DNA of 64,000 nt from Eledone cirrhosa. Its lineage: Eukaryota. The notes under the pieces were generated by a model, which made no database searches, was not told the origin of the DNA, and saw only the letters and a list, made by a program, of their open reading frames with translations. The stretch is taken from positions 6,448,001 to 6,512,000 of the forward strand of contig OZ024758.1 of NCBI GenBank assembly GCA_964016885.1. Direction: 5' to 3'. How positions within the stretch are numbered: position 1 is the first letter of the stretch; each line of letters opens with the position of its first letter. Made by a program: the position numbers and the translations under genes. Of the stretch, positions 52,985 to 64,000 are shown piece by piece.

Positions 52985-53222
52985 ACGACACACACACACA
53001 CAAACACAGACACACACACATACATACACACAAACATACACATACACACACACACAGAGACACATACATACACACACACACACATACACACAAACACACA
53101 CACACACTCACGGACACATACACACACATATACACACAAATACTTACACTCAAGCTTGAACATGATATATGTGTCAGCACGAATTACGTTTGTGTGTTGC
53201 GTGCGTGTGTACATATATAGTG

Positions 53223-53253
<31 letters not shown>

Positions 53254-53700
53254 TGTATGTATGTATGTATGTATGTACATGTTTGTGTGTCTATGTATAT
53301 TTTAAAATGTGTACCTCTATGTGTATCTGTGAGAATGTACATGTGTGTATGTAAGTAAGTATGTATGTATGTATCTGTGTATGTATATAAGTATGTATGT
53401 ATGTTTATATGTATGTATCTATGTGTGCATGTATGTATAAACGTATGTATGCATGTATATGTGTATGTATTATGTATGTATATATATATATATATATGTG
53501 TGTATATGTATATGTATGTATATATTTACGTATGTATGTACGTATCTACGTCAGAATGTATACATGCATGTATGTATGTATGTATGTATATACGTATGTA
53601 TGCATGTATATATGTATGTATGTATATATGTACGTATATATGTATCTATGGACGTATGTATGTATGTCTGAATGTATGCATATATGTATGTATGCATATA

Positions 53701-53740
<40 letters not shown>

Positions 53741-53745
53741 TGTAT
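52985..53745. repeat. (CA)n/(TATG)n compound microsatellite
   Basis: Seen directly. Confidence 0.9.
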
Positions 53746-54295
53746 GAATCTAATAAAGTACTTATAATATTAGTTCCCCATTTTTTCCTTTACTTTTATA
53801 GTAAATACAAAATATCCCATGATGCCCCATTGTACCTTCTATTTCTCCCTTTCAATATATTAAAATATAAAATATTAAAGTAATCCCATGGCAAATCTGA
53901 TATTACTGAGCCACGTAAATTATCTTACAAGTCAATACATTTTATCAGTTGAACTCGCAGACGATTTTAAAAGTTTATTCACGTCCCTCAGCTCCAAGTC
54001 TCATATTTACTTAAGATGAAAACCTGTTTCTGTGAATATTTATGTTTATTAGACATTTCCTTGATCATTCTTGGTTGATGACAACAATTGATGACAACTA
54101 TCTCTGTGACAGGAACACGGTTTTAATCTTTTCTCGATGAAATCGCAGTCTCCGCTGTGGACATAGTATCAGGTTTAAAGCACTTATTTGTAACCATGTC
54201 CACATCCACACATACAGGCGTGTATAAGCGTGAGTTTACCTATGTGTATACATACAGACATACGTGCATGCAAGCATACATACATACATACAGAC

Positions 54296-55058
54296 AGACA
54301 AACATAAAAATCCCAATAAAATGCAGGCATAACAAACCAGATATAATTGTTTCTACTTTTGGCACAAGGCCAGCAATTATCACCAGTGCATTACTGGTAC
54401 TTTATTTTATTGACCCCGTAAGGATGAAAGGCAAAGTTAACCTTGGCGGGATTTGAACTCAGATCATAAAGGGGGGTAACTATACTCCAAAGCATGGTGT
54501 CCGACCCTCTACCGATACTGCCAATCCACCAGATATAATGATATGGGACAGGGAGAAGAAGGTATGCACAGAAGTGGAAGTTAGCTGCCCAGCAGATGCC
54601 AAAGATTAGCGAAAAGGAGAATATTTATGCAGAACTAATGGGAAATCTGAAGATACTCCACCCTGATTACACCTTCAAATTTATGCCTGTGATTATTGGG
54701 GCACTGGGGTATGTTAGTAACTGCCTCAGTACAAATCTTGAAGCTGGGCTTCACAAAAACAGAAAGAACACAACTAGTTAGGAAATTAGAAGTACAATCC
54801 ATTAATGGAACAGTAAAAATATGTAAAACATTCCAAACAGTTTGCATCTTATAACTGCATATACTCTTGTACAGATACAAATCATATGCACATGCACACA
54901 TACAACTCAAAATATACACATGCATCCATGCAGACATGCATACATATCTACCTAGTTGATGATGTGTAAATTTCAATGAGAGAGTCTTGTACCTTTGTTA
55001 GAAACCGACTCTCTCTCTCTATTGGCAAAAATTTGTGAAATTATAAAACCAGAAGAAC
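54296..55058 (+). mobile_element. R4/Dong-like RLE element 3' fragment interrupted by a SINE
   Basis: Removing the SINE restores CRHNKPDIMIWDREKKVCTEVEVSCPAD...FMPVIIGALG; homologous to 21192-21748. Confidence 0.8.
54348..54527 (-). mobile_element. SINE family 1 with 12-bp TSD
   Basis: accagatataat at 54336-54347 and 54528-54539. Confidence 0.9.
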
Positions 55059-55069
55059 ATACGTACATA

Positions 55070-55346
55070 CATGGTGGCTGCCAAATCGTTTTCGAGTGGG
55101 GTCACTACTTTATATCCATATAGAACCCCTACCGATGCACTGAACGAGTGTGACTTTTTAGTCCAGCCAGCGACTTGAAAACTCTGGTACAAACACTACA
55201 CTTGTGACAATTATTGACACATAGTGCTGGGCCCATGGTACCATGTGACGACAAGTGCAGAGAGATCTCCAGATATAAAGTAATGCCTGTGCCGTGAAGC
55301 TTTTATAGTGAGGAAAGGCACTGCACAAAGCCAGTCCCACTCTCTT
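55070..55346 (-). mobile_element. Bipartite RTE-type element, 3' part
   Basis: Reverse complement of 17560-17835. Confidence 0.75.
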
Positions 55347-55845
55347 ACATACATATATACACGCATACATTACATTACATAAATGTATATTCAGTTCTCT
55401 CTCTATTAAGATTATAACGACATTAAGATAAACCTCCCGTTACTTGTAAGTAGATTCATGACAATCTGCTTTCAGCTGATTAAGACTTTACTGCACACTT
55501 CAGCATTTCTGCATCTGCCACAGAACTTTTACAAAGAAAATTAATAAGAGGTGATGAGACATCTCGACATTAACAGATTATTGTGACAAGCTCTGGCACA
55601 TCATGCACGTCACCCACTAACTATCTATAGTTAAATAACTGGTGAAATGCAAGGATAACATGGTCATTAGCTAATTTATCCACAATTTTTTTAACACCAG
55701 TTCTTCCAGACTCTTCCATTATAAGTACTCTGACAATTCAGTAGAGGGCTTGATTTTTCTTTCTAAGTGGTTTTACGGCTTAACAAGACACAAGCCTGCT
55801 TCTTATCACTGTAGTAATGCGCATACACAGATACTTACATAAATA

Positions 55846-56438
55846 CATGGTGGCTGCCAACTCGTTTTCGAGTACGGCCACTACTTTATATCCATGTAGG
55901 AGAACTCCTACCGATGCGCTGAACGAGTGTGACTTTTTAGTCCAGCCAGCGACTTGAAAACTCTGGTACAAACACTACACTTGTGACAATTATTGACACA
56001 GTGCTGGGCCCATGGTACCATGTGATGACAAGTGCAGAGAGATCTCCAGATATAAAGCAATGCCTGTGCCGTGAAGCTTTTATAGTGAGCAAAGGCACTG
56101 CACAAAGCCAGTCCCACTCTCTTAACCAAGATGATATTTACCAAAAAGAAGAACAAGTCAACATCATTGGATAACATCAGGGTTGCAGGTGTTATATCAG
56201 AGTTTTCCTTCTCCTAGAATTCTGCCTTGACAAAGGCTAAGGGGTCGTCTCTCCCGGTGATTTTGGATGGCCATTGACTCTTAAGAGCTCCTTTGCTCTT
56301 GACAGGTTTTGTTTTTAGTCCTGCAGGATGTCCAAAGTCACCCTCCTCACCAAGAAACCTTGGTGGGGTTGCCAGTTTAGTCGCCAACGACCCGACCATG
56401 AGACAGCATGTTACCAGTAGCACCAACTGGTGACCTGA
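55846..56438 (-). mobile_element. Bipartite non-autonomous RTE-type element, longest copy (~590 bp)
   Basis: Structured 5' region with an RTE 5'UTR-like motif (ctaggagaaggaaaactctgat), no RT/EN coding sequence, zinc-finger 3' end; (ACAT)n-type flanks. Confidence 0.7.
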
Positions 56439-58849
56439 CATACATACATACATACATACGTGCATACGTGCATACGTGCATACGTGCATACATGCATACA
56501 TAGATACATGATGGCTGCAAACTCTGCTAAGAGTATTGCAATCGATTACAGAAAATGGTGGACTTTTAGGCTACGGCCAGCCACACGAACCTGAAACATA
56601 TCCTAAACAAGCAATGCCTCTGTTTTGAAGGTTTTTTAAGTGAGGAAAGGTCTTGCACACACGATAATTCGAATGATTTTATCACAATATTCTTCAACAA
56701 TCTAATTATAGGTCATACCAGATAATTTTAAGTGTCGAAGTTTTAGAACTGTTAACACATGTCACTTATATTAAGAGCCCGTATTTGGCACAGTACGAAA
56801 TTTCCCTTATAATAAAAGCTCTGATTTAAAATTAGCAGCTATTAAATAGTTTTAAATTACTAGTTTTACAGCTAGGTTGCCTATGTTGTGCACTTGTTAT
56901 AAGATAGGTCATTATATGCTATGTAATAATTTCTTTATGGCATTAACCGAAATTATAATGTTGGTTTCATCTTCTATTCCAGTATTTCCATAAATATTTG
57001 ATATTTGTAATATTCGGTATCTATATACGTAAATAAATGTGAATTCGATTCCCGGAGAGGGTGATGCGTTATGTCCTTGGGCGAGACACTTTATTTCATG
57101 TTGCTCTTTCTACCTGGAGTTGCGACCAATAGAGAGTATTAGCAATTGGAAAGACCAATGGAAACATTGTTTCCTCGGTCTGATTTGACGAAAGTCGATC
57201 AACTGTTGATACGTAAATCAGACGGGTATTGCTTCAGTCAGCCCCCCAAACCGAATGCCAATCTGTACCCATGACTCCTGCCAAACCAAACTGTACTCAA
57301 CCTCCAAATTCAGCAAATCGAAGATGGATCACCCATCTTTCTAAAGTCACTACACGTATCCGAACCGAAAACTTATGTAATTAGCTGTTCATGCGGATTC
57401 CGAATGTTATTATTATTACACACAAAGGAAGACTTGAAATCTAGTTAGAGTTTCCTGAAGTGACATGACTTGAACATTCTTACTGAACCACAATAAACTT
57501 TTAATCTGACCAAAATACTAAAGAACATAATGTCAAATTCTTCGAAACTATGCAGTAAATGATATAAACGGAAAAGACATTTCAAAATCAAGATACTTTA
57601 TCTGTGCGGCTTTACCACACGTTTCATCAATCCATATTTCCTTTACAGTGATTTTCTCAAAATCTTTATCTTCACATCTTATCGGATTTAGTACATTACT
57701 TTCACTTAATTTCCAGCTACTTAGAAGTAAGTATTATCAAAAGTGTCGTGCATTTTATATCATCTAAAGTACGTTTACAACATTAAATAGAGAATGTAAT
57801 ATGACATACACCAAAAAGTTGTCTTGTATATGTCTGAGCTGCAATTGAACTAAAAAAATGTGAAGTTGTTGCTACATACACAAATGAAGAAATTGTGTAA
57901 AAAAGTAATAAATTTTGTAAGATTTTATAAGTGTATTTTTTTTATTTTCTTCTATACTTCTGAAATATTTTCTTTTCTTTAAGAGACGTGAACTCTTATT
58001 AAAAAATATGACGCCAAGATTTTTTTTTAATTTCATTTATAATGACCAATATAATAAAACACTAGCCTAAAATATATATAACAAAAATAAATGTAATACA
58101 ACTTGTTTTATCTCATTTTCTTTCAAAATTGGATTAAGTCCGCGAAAGAAACAAGAGCTATTAAAAAACATGATATTTAAAAATATTTTTTATATTAACA
58201 AATATATGTGAGCCTATATCGGGCTGTCAGTGTTATTCAATAATGTTTCAATTTATGTAAATTATTAATATATTGTGATTTATATTTTCATAATTTCTCA
58301 GTATTCATACTTTAATTTTACAAAGTTTCACACTATTTCGCTATCAATTCAGAGCTGTGAATAACTTTAGGCATCATATATGTTCAGGGAAAGAAAATGG
58401 CATGAAATGTTGAAATATTTACTATTAGCTAATAAAATGCCATATATAGTCATGTTTCTTTCAAATATATTAAACTGTTCAGTTTTCATTAGTGGATTCT
58501 TATACAATAAGTCAATATCATAAGACTCTTCAATATAAATAGGAATTATTGAATTTCTATCGTAATTAGCGAACGAAAGAAAAGTAAGTATTAAACACTT
58601 CAACACCAGAAACAAAGATATGGTTTCAAAAGTTTGCCAGACTCGTTCTGCTGTATAGTTTCTGCTCAATTTATTCCAAGACAATTTATCTAACAATCTT
58701 CTTGTTCCCGCGCTGTGACCGTGGTTCATGCGTTTATGCTTCTACGTAGAATCCCTCTAGCTCTACCGAGGTAGCGAATTTTATAATTCTGTGCTGAGCA
58801 GTAATATACTGTACTTGTTTTTCATTTTAATTGATGTACCATATTTGTA

Positions 58850-59180
58850 GGCGACGAGTAGGCAGAGTCGTTAGAACGTCGGATAGAATGCCTTGTGGTA
58901 TTCGTTCCAAAGCTCTGCACTCTCGGTTCAAATCCCGCTGAGGTCAACTTTGCCTTTTATTCTTTCGAAGTCGATAAAAAAGTACCAGTCTGTCTGGTAT
59001 TGAGGTCGGTTCTTCCTCAATATCTCATTTTCTATTCCTCTTCGTACTTTCTATTCTCCTCTGAAAGAAAATCTGGTGTGTTCAAACCTGGAGAGGGGTG
59101 GGGTCCGCCAGGCTTAAAATAGTCAAGAAACGCTATATGCCACTACGATTCTATTGTGAGTTACGGGTCCATAACATACA
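58850..59180 (+). mobile_element. SINE family 2
   Basis: Head GGCAGAGTCGTTAG, B-box GGTTCAAATCCC, core and tail. Confidence 0.75.
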
Positions 59181-59494
59181 ATACATAATAGTAAAGTGAC
59201 CGTTAACTTGAAGTGGTAAGGTCATTTCTTGATGCGAAAAAAACTGTATATGATTGACTGGGGAAAGATGTTATCTATTATCTGTTTAGAATATCTGAAA
59301 CAGGAGTGGAGCAATGTGATTTAGAAATGTTTAGTTTTTGTATCTAGCTTAATTACTGATTAGCATTTGTTCCTTGTTCAATTATTGATATTTTCTTCAA
59401 GTAACAGATAAGTGAAAATAAAGTTGCGAGTGACTATATGTATATGTGTGACCGTTATAGACAAACACATAAAGAGAGAGGCACAGAGAGTGGT

Positions 59495-59581
<87 letters not shown>

Positions 59582-59810
59582 AGATATATAAATATACATA
59601 CATACATACATATATATCTATATATACATACATATATACACACACACACACATATATATACATGTATATACACACATATATATATATACATATACATATA
59701 TGTATATATACATATATATGTATATATACATATACATATATATGTATATATACATATATATGTATATATACATATATATGTATATATACATATATATGTA
59801 TATATACATA

Positions 59811-59858
<48 letters not shown>

Positions 59859-59879
59859 CATACATACATGCATACATGC

Positions 59880-59972
<93 letters not shown>

Positions 59973-60016
59973 TGTATGTGTGTATACATATATACATATA
60001 TATGCATGTATGTATG

Positions 60017-60051
<35 letters not shown>

Positions 60052-60052
60052 A
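59495..60052. repeat. (TG)n/(TA)n compound microsatellite
   Basis: Seen directly. Confidence 0.95.
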
Positions 60053-60087
60053 CATCATAGAGCTACATGATTGTTATATATTATATA

Positions 60088-60215
60088 TTTCTTTATATAT
60101 ATAATTGTTTCTACTTTAGGCACAAGGCCAGCAATTACCCAGTGTAGTACCAGTAATGCACTGGGTAATTGCTGGCCTTGTGCCTAAAGTAGAAACAATT
60201 ATATATATAAAGAAA
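60088..60215. repeat. Perfect 57-bp inverted repeat made of SINE family 1 tail plus flank
   Basis: 60088-60144 is the exact reverse complement of 60159-60215. Confidence 0.9.
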
Positions 60216-60966
60216 AAGATTGCTTATTTTTTCTCGTAGGTGATCCAATATTGGGTTTATAAAAAGGTTTTAAAGAATAATAAGCTAATATATTAATCTT
60301 CGTGAAAGGATTAACATTTACTACGTTGATAGATTTGCTATTCATATATCGAACACAAACGAGAAGAGTGTATTAATGTGTCCACCATTTTTTAACACAG
60401 AAAGCTGCAGTAGCTGATACAGATACCATTACCGTGTTGGAAATGATATAATCGATTTTTATTTGAGTTAATGAATATAAAATAAAAATCATTAATCATA
60501 TTAGGAACATTGGAAAGATAGGTGAAATGAAGAGGTTCATTAAATGTTGGCATTTGGTAAGATTGGTTGTTGGGAGGAGAGAATAAATTTAATGTCTGGG
60601 ACAAAGGTGCTTTTATTGAGAAGTGAATAGAATTGAATAAGTTAAAATGAAACAAAGTGATGGCTGTGAATGGGAGATGTAGAGAGTGGAGAGTGGTGTG
60701 ATTTGTTAGGGAAGACAGCCAAGAGAAAGAGAGAAAGAGTTGGTTGATGTGAGAAGTGCTGTAAGGTAGTAGGTATTTAACGAGAGAGAGAGACAGAGGT
60801 TTGTTTCTAAGTTTGGTGTCAGGCTTTATACACACACTCCGACGTACACACACACACAGACACACTCACTGATACACACACACACTATCACACAAACACA
60901 CACTGACACACACACACACACACTCACTGTCACACACTCATACTGACACACACATACACACACACA

Positions 60967-61039
<73 letters not shown>

Positions 61040-61094
61040 ACACACAGATACACAGATCCAAAAACAGACAGACACACACACACACAGTCACACA

Positions 61095-61154
<60 letters not shown>

Positions 61155-61220
61155 ACACAAAAACAAGATGTCGTAGGACAGAACAAAGGAGAGGCACAAA
61201 AACAAAGAAAAGAATACCCA

Positions 61221-61263
61221 GTCACTGAAGAGGTCACAGAATGTGTGACGAAAGAACTTTGAC
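61221..61263 (+). ncRNA. Candidate minimal type I hammerhead ribozyme (Penelope-like)
   Basis: GTCA-CTGAAGA-g-GTCACA-gaatg-TGTGAC-GAAA-GaaC-TT-TGAC: stem I, core, 6-bp stem II, minimal stem III. Confidence 0.55.
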
Positions 61264-61411
61264 AATATATGAACAACCGTCCGGTTGTGGAACCAACCAA
61301 CCAACCGGAAATTTATAAATTCTTAAATTTATAAATTTAATTTATAATAAATTGGAGTAAAAGCAACTGGTGCGTGTGTTTCTTATTGGCAACATGACCC
61401 TCCCAAAGCAT

Positions 61412-61454
<43 letters not shown>

Positions 61455-61457
<3 letters not shown>

Positions 61458-61575
61458 CGAAGGGAGTGTGGTAAGGAACCAGGTGGACTATAACGCACCT
61501 GAGTACTCGATACTTAGGGTAGTAGAGTGGGTAATAGGAACGAGTAGGACCCCGACGGCAGACCTCAAGCCGTTT
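61455..61575 (-). mobile_element. Family A element, truncated at the GAAAC motif
   Basis: Homologous to 29569-29690; adjoins (TA)n. Confidence 0.7.
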
Positions 61576-62134
61576 TTTTAAGTTTTTCCTATCATTGTTT
61601 ATTGCAAATTTTCTGTTGAATAATACCATTAGGAAGAAGGAGCATAAAAATTACACCTAAAAAGATTGTCTAGAAGTTTATGGTAATTTAAAGTTAGCAA
61701 TATTTTAGTTCTTTTACACAAAATATTAGCTAACAAAATCCAGAAAATATCTTGAAAAATCATCTAAAATTACAGGCCATAAAATATGAAAGCCAGTAAA
61801 CCAGAGATTGTACTGGCACTTTTCTGAGGGATAATTTATTGAATTTTACCCTGCTAAGTGTAGTTTTATTAAACAAAGTTTTATCTAAGAAAATTCATGC
61901 AACTTTTAGAAATGTAATAGTTTGCTGTAATGAAATTATTCCATTTATGCTCTAAGAAAGTCTTCGGATAACCACAATTATAAAGATTTCACATCCTTCC
62001 ACAGTATAAAGTTAATGCGTTCTGTAATTCCTATGGTGGACGTTTTGTGCAAATATTCAGTTAAAAGGATTTAATAGCTGAAGTTTTATGCTGATTTCAA
62101 GGTCGATAAAAAACTACTAGTTATGTACTGGGAT

Positions 62135-62403
62135 TGATCCTTGTTTCCTTGAGCAAGAGACTTTATTTCACGTTGCTCCAGTTTACTCAGCTGTAGAAAT
62201 GAGATGATAGGGACTGGGGTCCCTATCATTCCACTGCAAAGTGGTCGTGGAGGTGCCACGGCAAAAAAAGAACCCAGCACTCACTGTAAATGAGGTTGGT
62301 GTTAGAAAGGGCATCCAGCTGTAGAAATCAAGCCAGAATCAGTTCCCGTCCCACCCTTGCAAGCAGGGAAAAGCGGACGTAAAATGATGATGATGATGAT
62401 GAT
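62135..62403 (+). mobile_element. SINE family 3 body with RTE-type tail and (ATG)n
   Basis: Shares its body with 15120-15210; aagggcatccagctgtagaaa ... gcggacgtaaaatgatgatgat. Confidence 0.65.
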
Positions 62404-62744
62404 CCTTACTTTTATTCTCTCATTCTATCCTTCTAAGGAACAAATCTGTTGTATTCAGACCTGAGAAGCAATGACCTTTGCCATGTTTTAAAACATGGCA
62501 TAGAAACGCCGTATATCAGCATGTCGCCCTTACTACTCCGTTCCCTTAACTTACAGAATCATATCATACATGACCATATTACAAAAGAAGAAACTGACAT
62601 TTTCTCAACAGTTTTAATGAGTTTCGTAGAACTGAAATACATTATAATTGTAATATAGCAGAAATGGACAAATATGTCTCATTGTGTTATACCAGTTCAT
62701 TTCGCTCAGTTGTTTCAATTTCTTATGGCAGATGAATATATGAT

Positions 62745-62819
<75 letters not shown>

Positions 62820-62897
62820 TAAATATATGTATTTATATGTATATATTTATATATATATATATATATATATGCATAAATATATGTATTTATATATATA

Positions 62898-62930
<33 letters not shown>

Positions 62931-62934
<4 letters not shown>

Positions 62935-62938
62935 GTTA

Positions 62939-62974
<36 letters not shown>

Positions 62975-62978
62975 GTTA

Positions 62979-63014
<36 letters not shown>

Positions 63015-63050
63015 GTTAGTATATATATATATATATATATATAAACGTTA

Positions 63051-63088
<38 letters not shown>

Positions 63089-63092
63089 GTTA

Positions 63093-63128
<36 letters not shown>

Positions 63129-63192
63129 GTTAGTATATATATATATATGTATATATATATATAAGCGTTAGTATATATATATATAAACGTTA

Positions 63193-63240
<48 letters not shown>

Positions 63241-63244
63241 GTTA

Positions 63245-63283
<39 letters not shown>

Positions 63284-63288
63284 CGTTA

Positions 63289-63335
<47 letters not shown>

Positions 63336-63340
63336 CGTTA

Positions 63341-63380
<40 letters not shown>

Positions 63381-63544
63381 GTTAGTATATATATATATAT
63401 ATATATATAAACGTTAGTATATATATATATATATATATATAAACGTTAGTATATATATATATATATATATAAACGTTAGTATATATATATATATATATAT
63501 ATAAGCGTTAGTATATATATATATATATATATATATAAGCGTTA

Positions 63545-63593
<49 letters not shown>

Positions 63594-63645
63594 CGTTAGT
63601 ATATATATATATATATATATATGTATATAAACATTAGTATATATA
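62931..63645. repeat. Array of AA(A/G)CGTTAGT motifs separated by variable-length (AT)n
   Basis: About 19 motif copies. Confidence 0.9.
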
Positions 63646-64000
63646 TATATATAACTAGATAACAATTTCCATATATATGAATTCCTTTATTAAACAGTCT
63701 GTAAATTTAGACCTATCCATATACTAGACACGTTTCTGCATGAATTATCATATTTCATCAATTTTATGGTCAACCTCGGGCAACATCGTTAAAAATTGAG
63801 CTCGGCTCCATGGCAGAGAATACATAGTGGTAGCATTTCCCTCATTTACTTCTAATATGTTATTGTCAATTACAAATATAAGCAAGTATATAAGCACGCT
63901 TTCTTTATACATGAAAATCAATCTGATTATATATGAAAATAAAACATCGTCGACCTCGTATGTGTGTCTTTGTGCCTGTATGTATGTATATGTGTATGTG

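Noticed and set aside
56340-56438. HDV-like ribozyme at the bipartite element 5' end
   Set aside because: P1/P2/P3 pairings could not be assigned by eye; left as a check only.
60392-60865. 157-aa minus-strand ORF
   Set aside because: Compositionally biased, starts in a microsatellite, no motif recognised.
62931-63645. Repeat-spacer or telomeric array
   Set aside because: Spacers are only (AT)n, and the motif is not tandem TTAGGG/TTAGG.

Overview
AT-rich, microsatellite-dense animal genomic DNA. The repeat repertoire suggests a coleoid cephalopod such as Octopus (inference). The only host protein-coding sequence found is one large exon (26986-27781, +) encoding the N-terminus to ICL3 (TM1-TM5) of a leucokinin/lymnokinin-type rhodopsin GPCR; the TM6-TM7 exon(s) were not found in the window. 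The rest is intronic/intergenic: tRNA-derived SINEs, RTE, R4/Dong-like and CRE-like LINE fragments, a bipartite non-autonomous RTE-type element, and mariner/Tc1 and hAT MITEs. Most notable observations: (1) several unrelated short fold-back elements in (TA)n/(TG)n microsatellites carry hammerhead-ribozyme motifs of the Penelope-like type, one with a complete core at 61221-61263; (2) a near-perfect 15 x 123-bp satellite formed inside an RTE ORF; (3) a U6 snRNA-LINE-tail chimera; (4) a full-length tRNA-Asp copy joined to a SINE tail. All calls were made by eye with no database search, and element boundaries are approximate.
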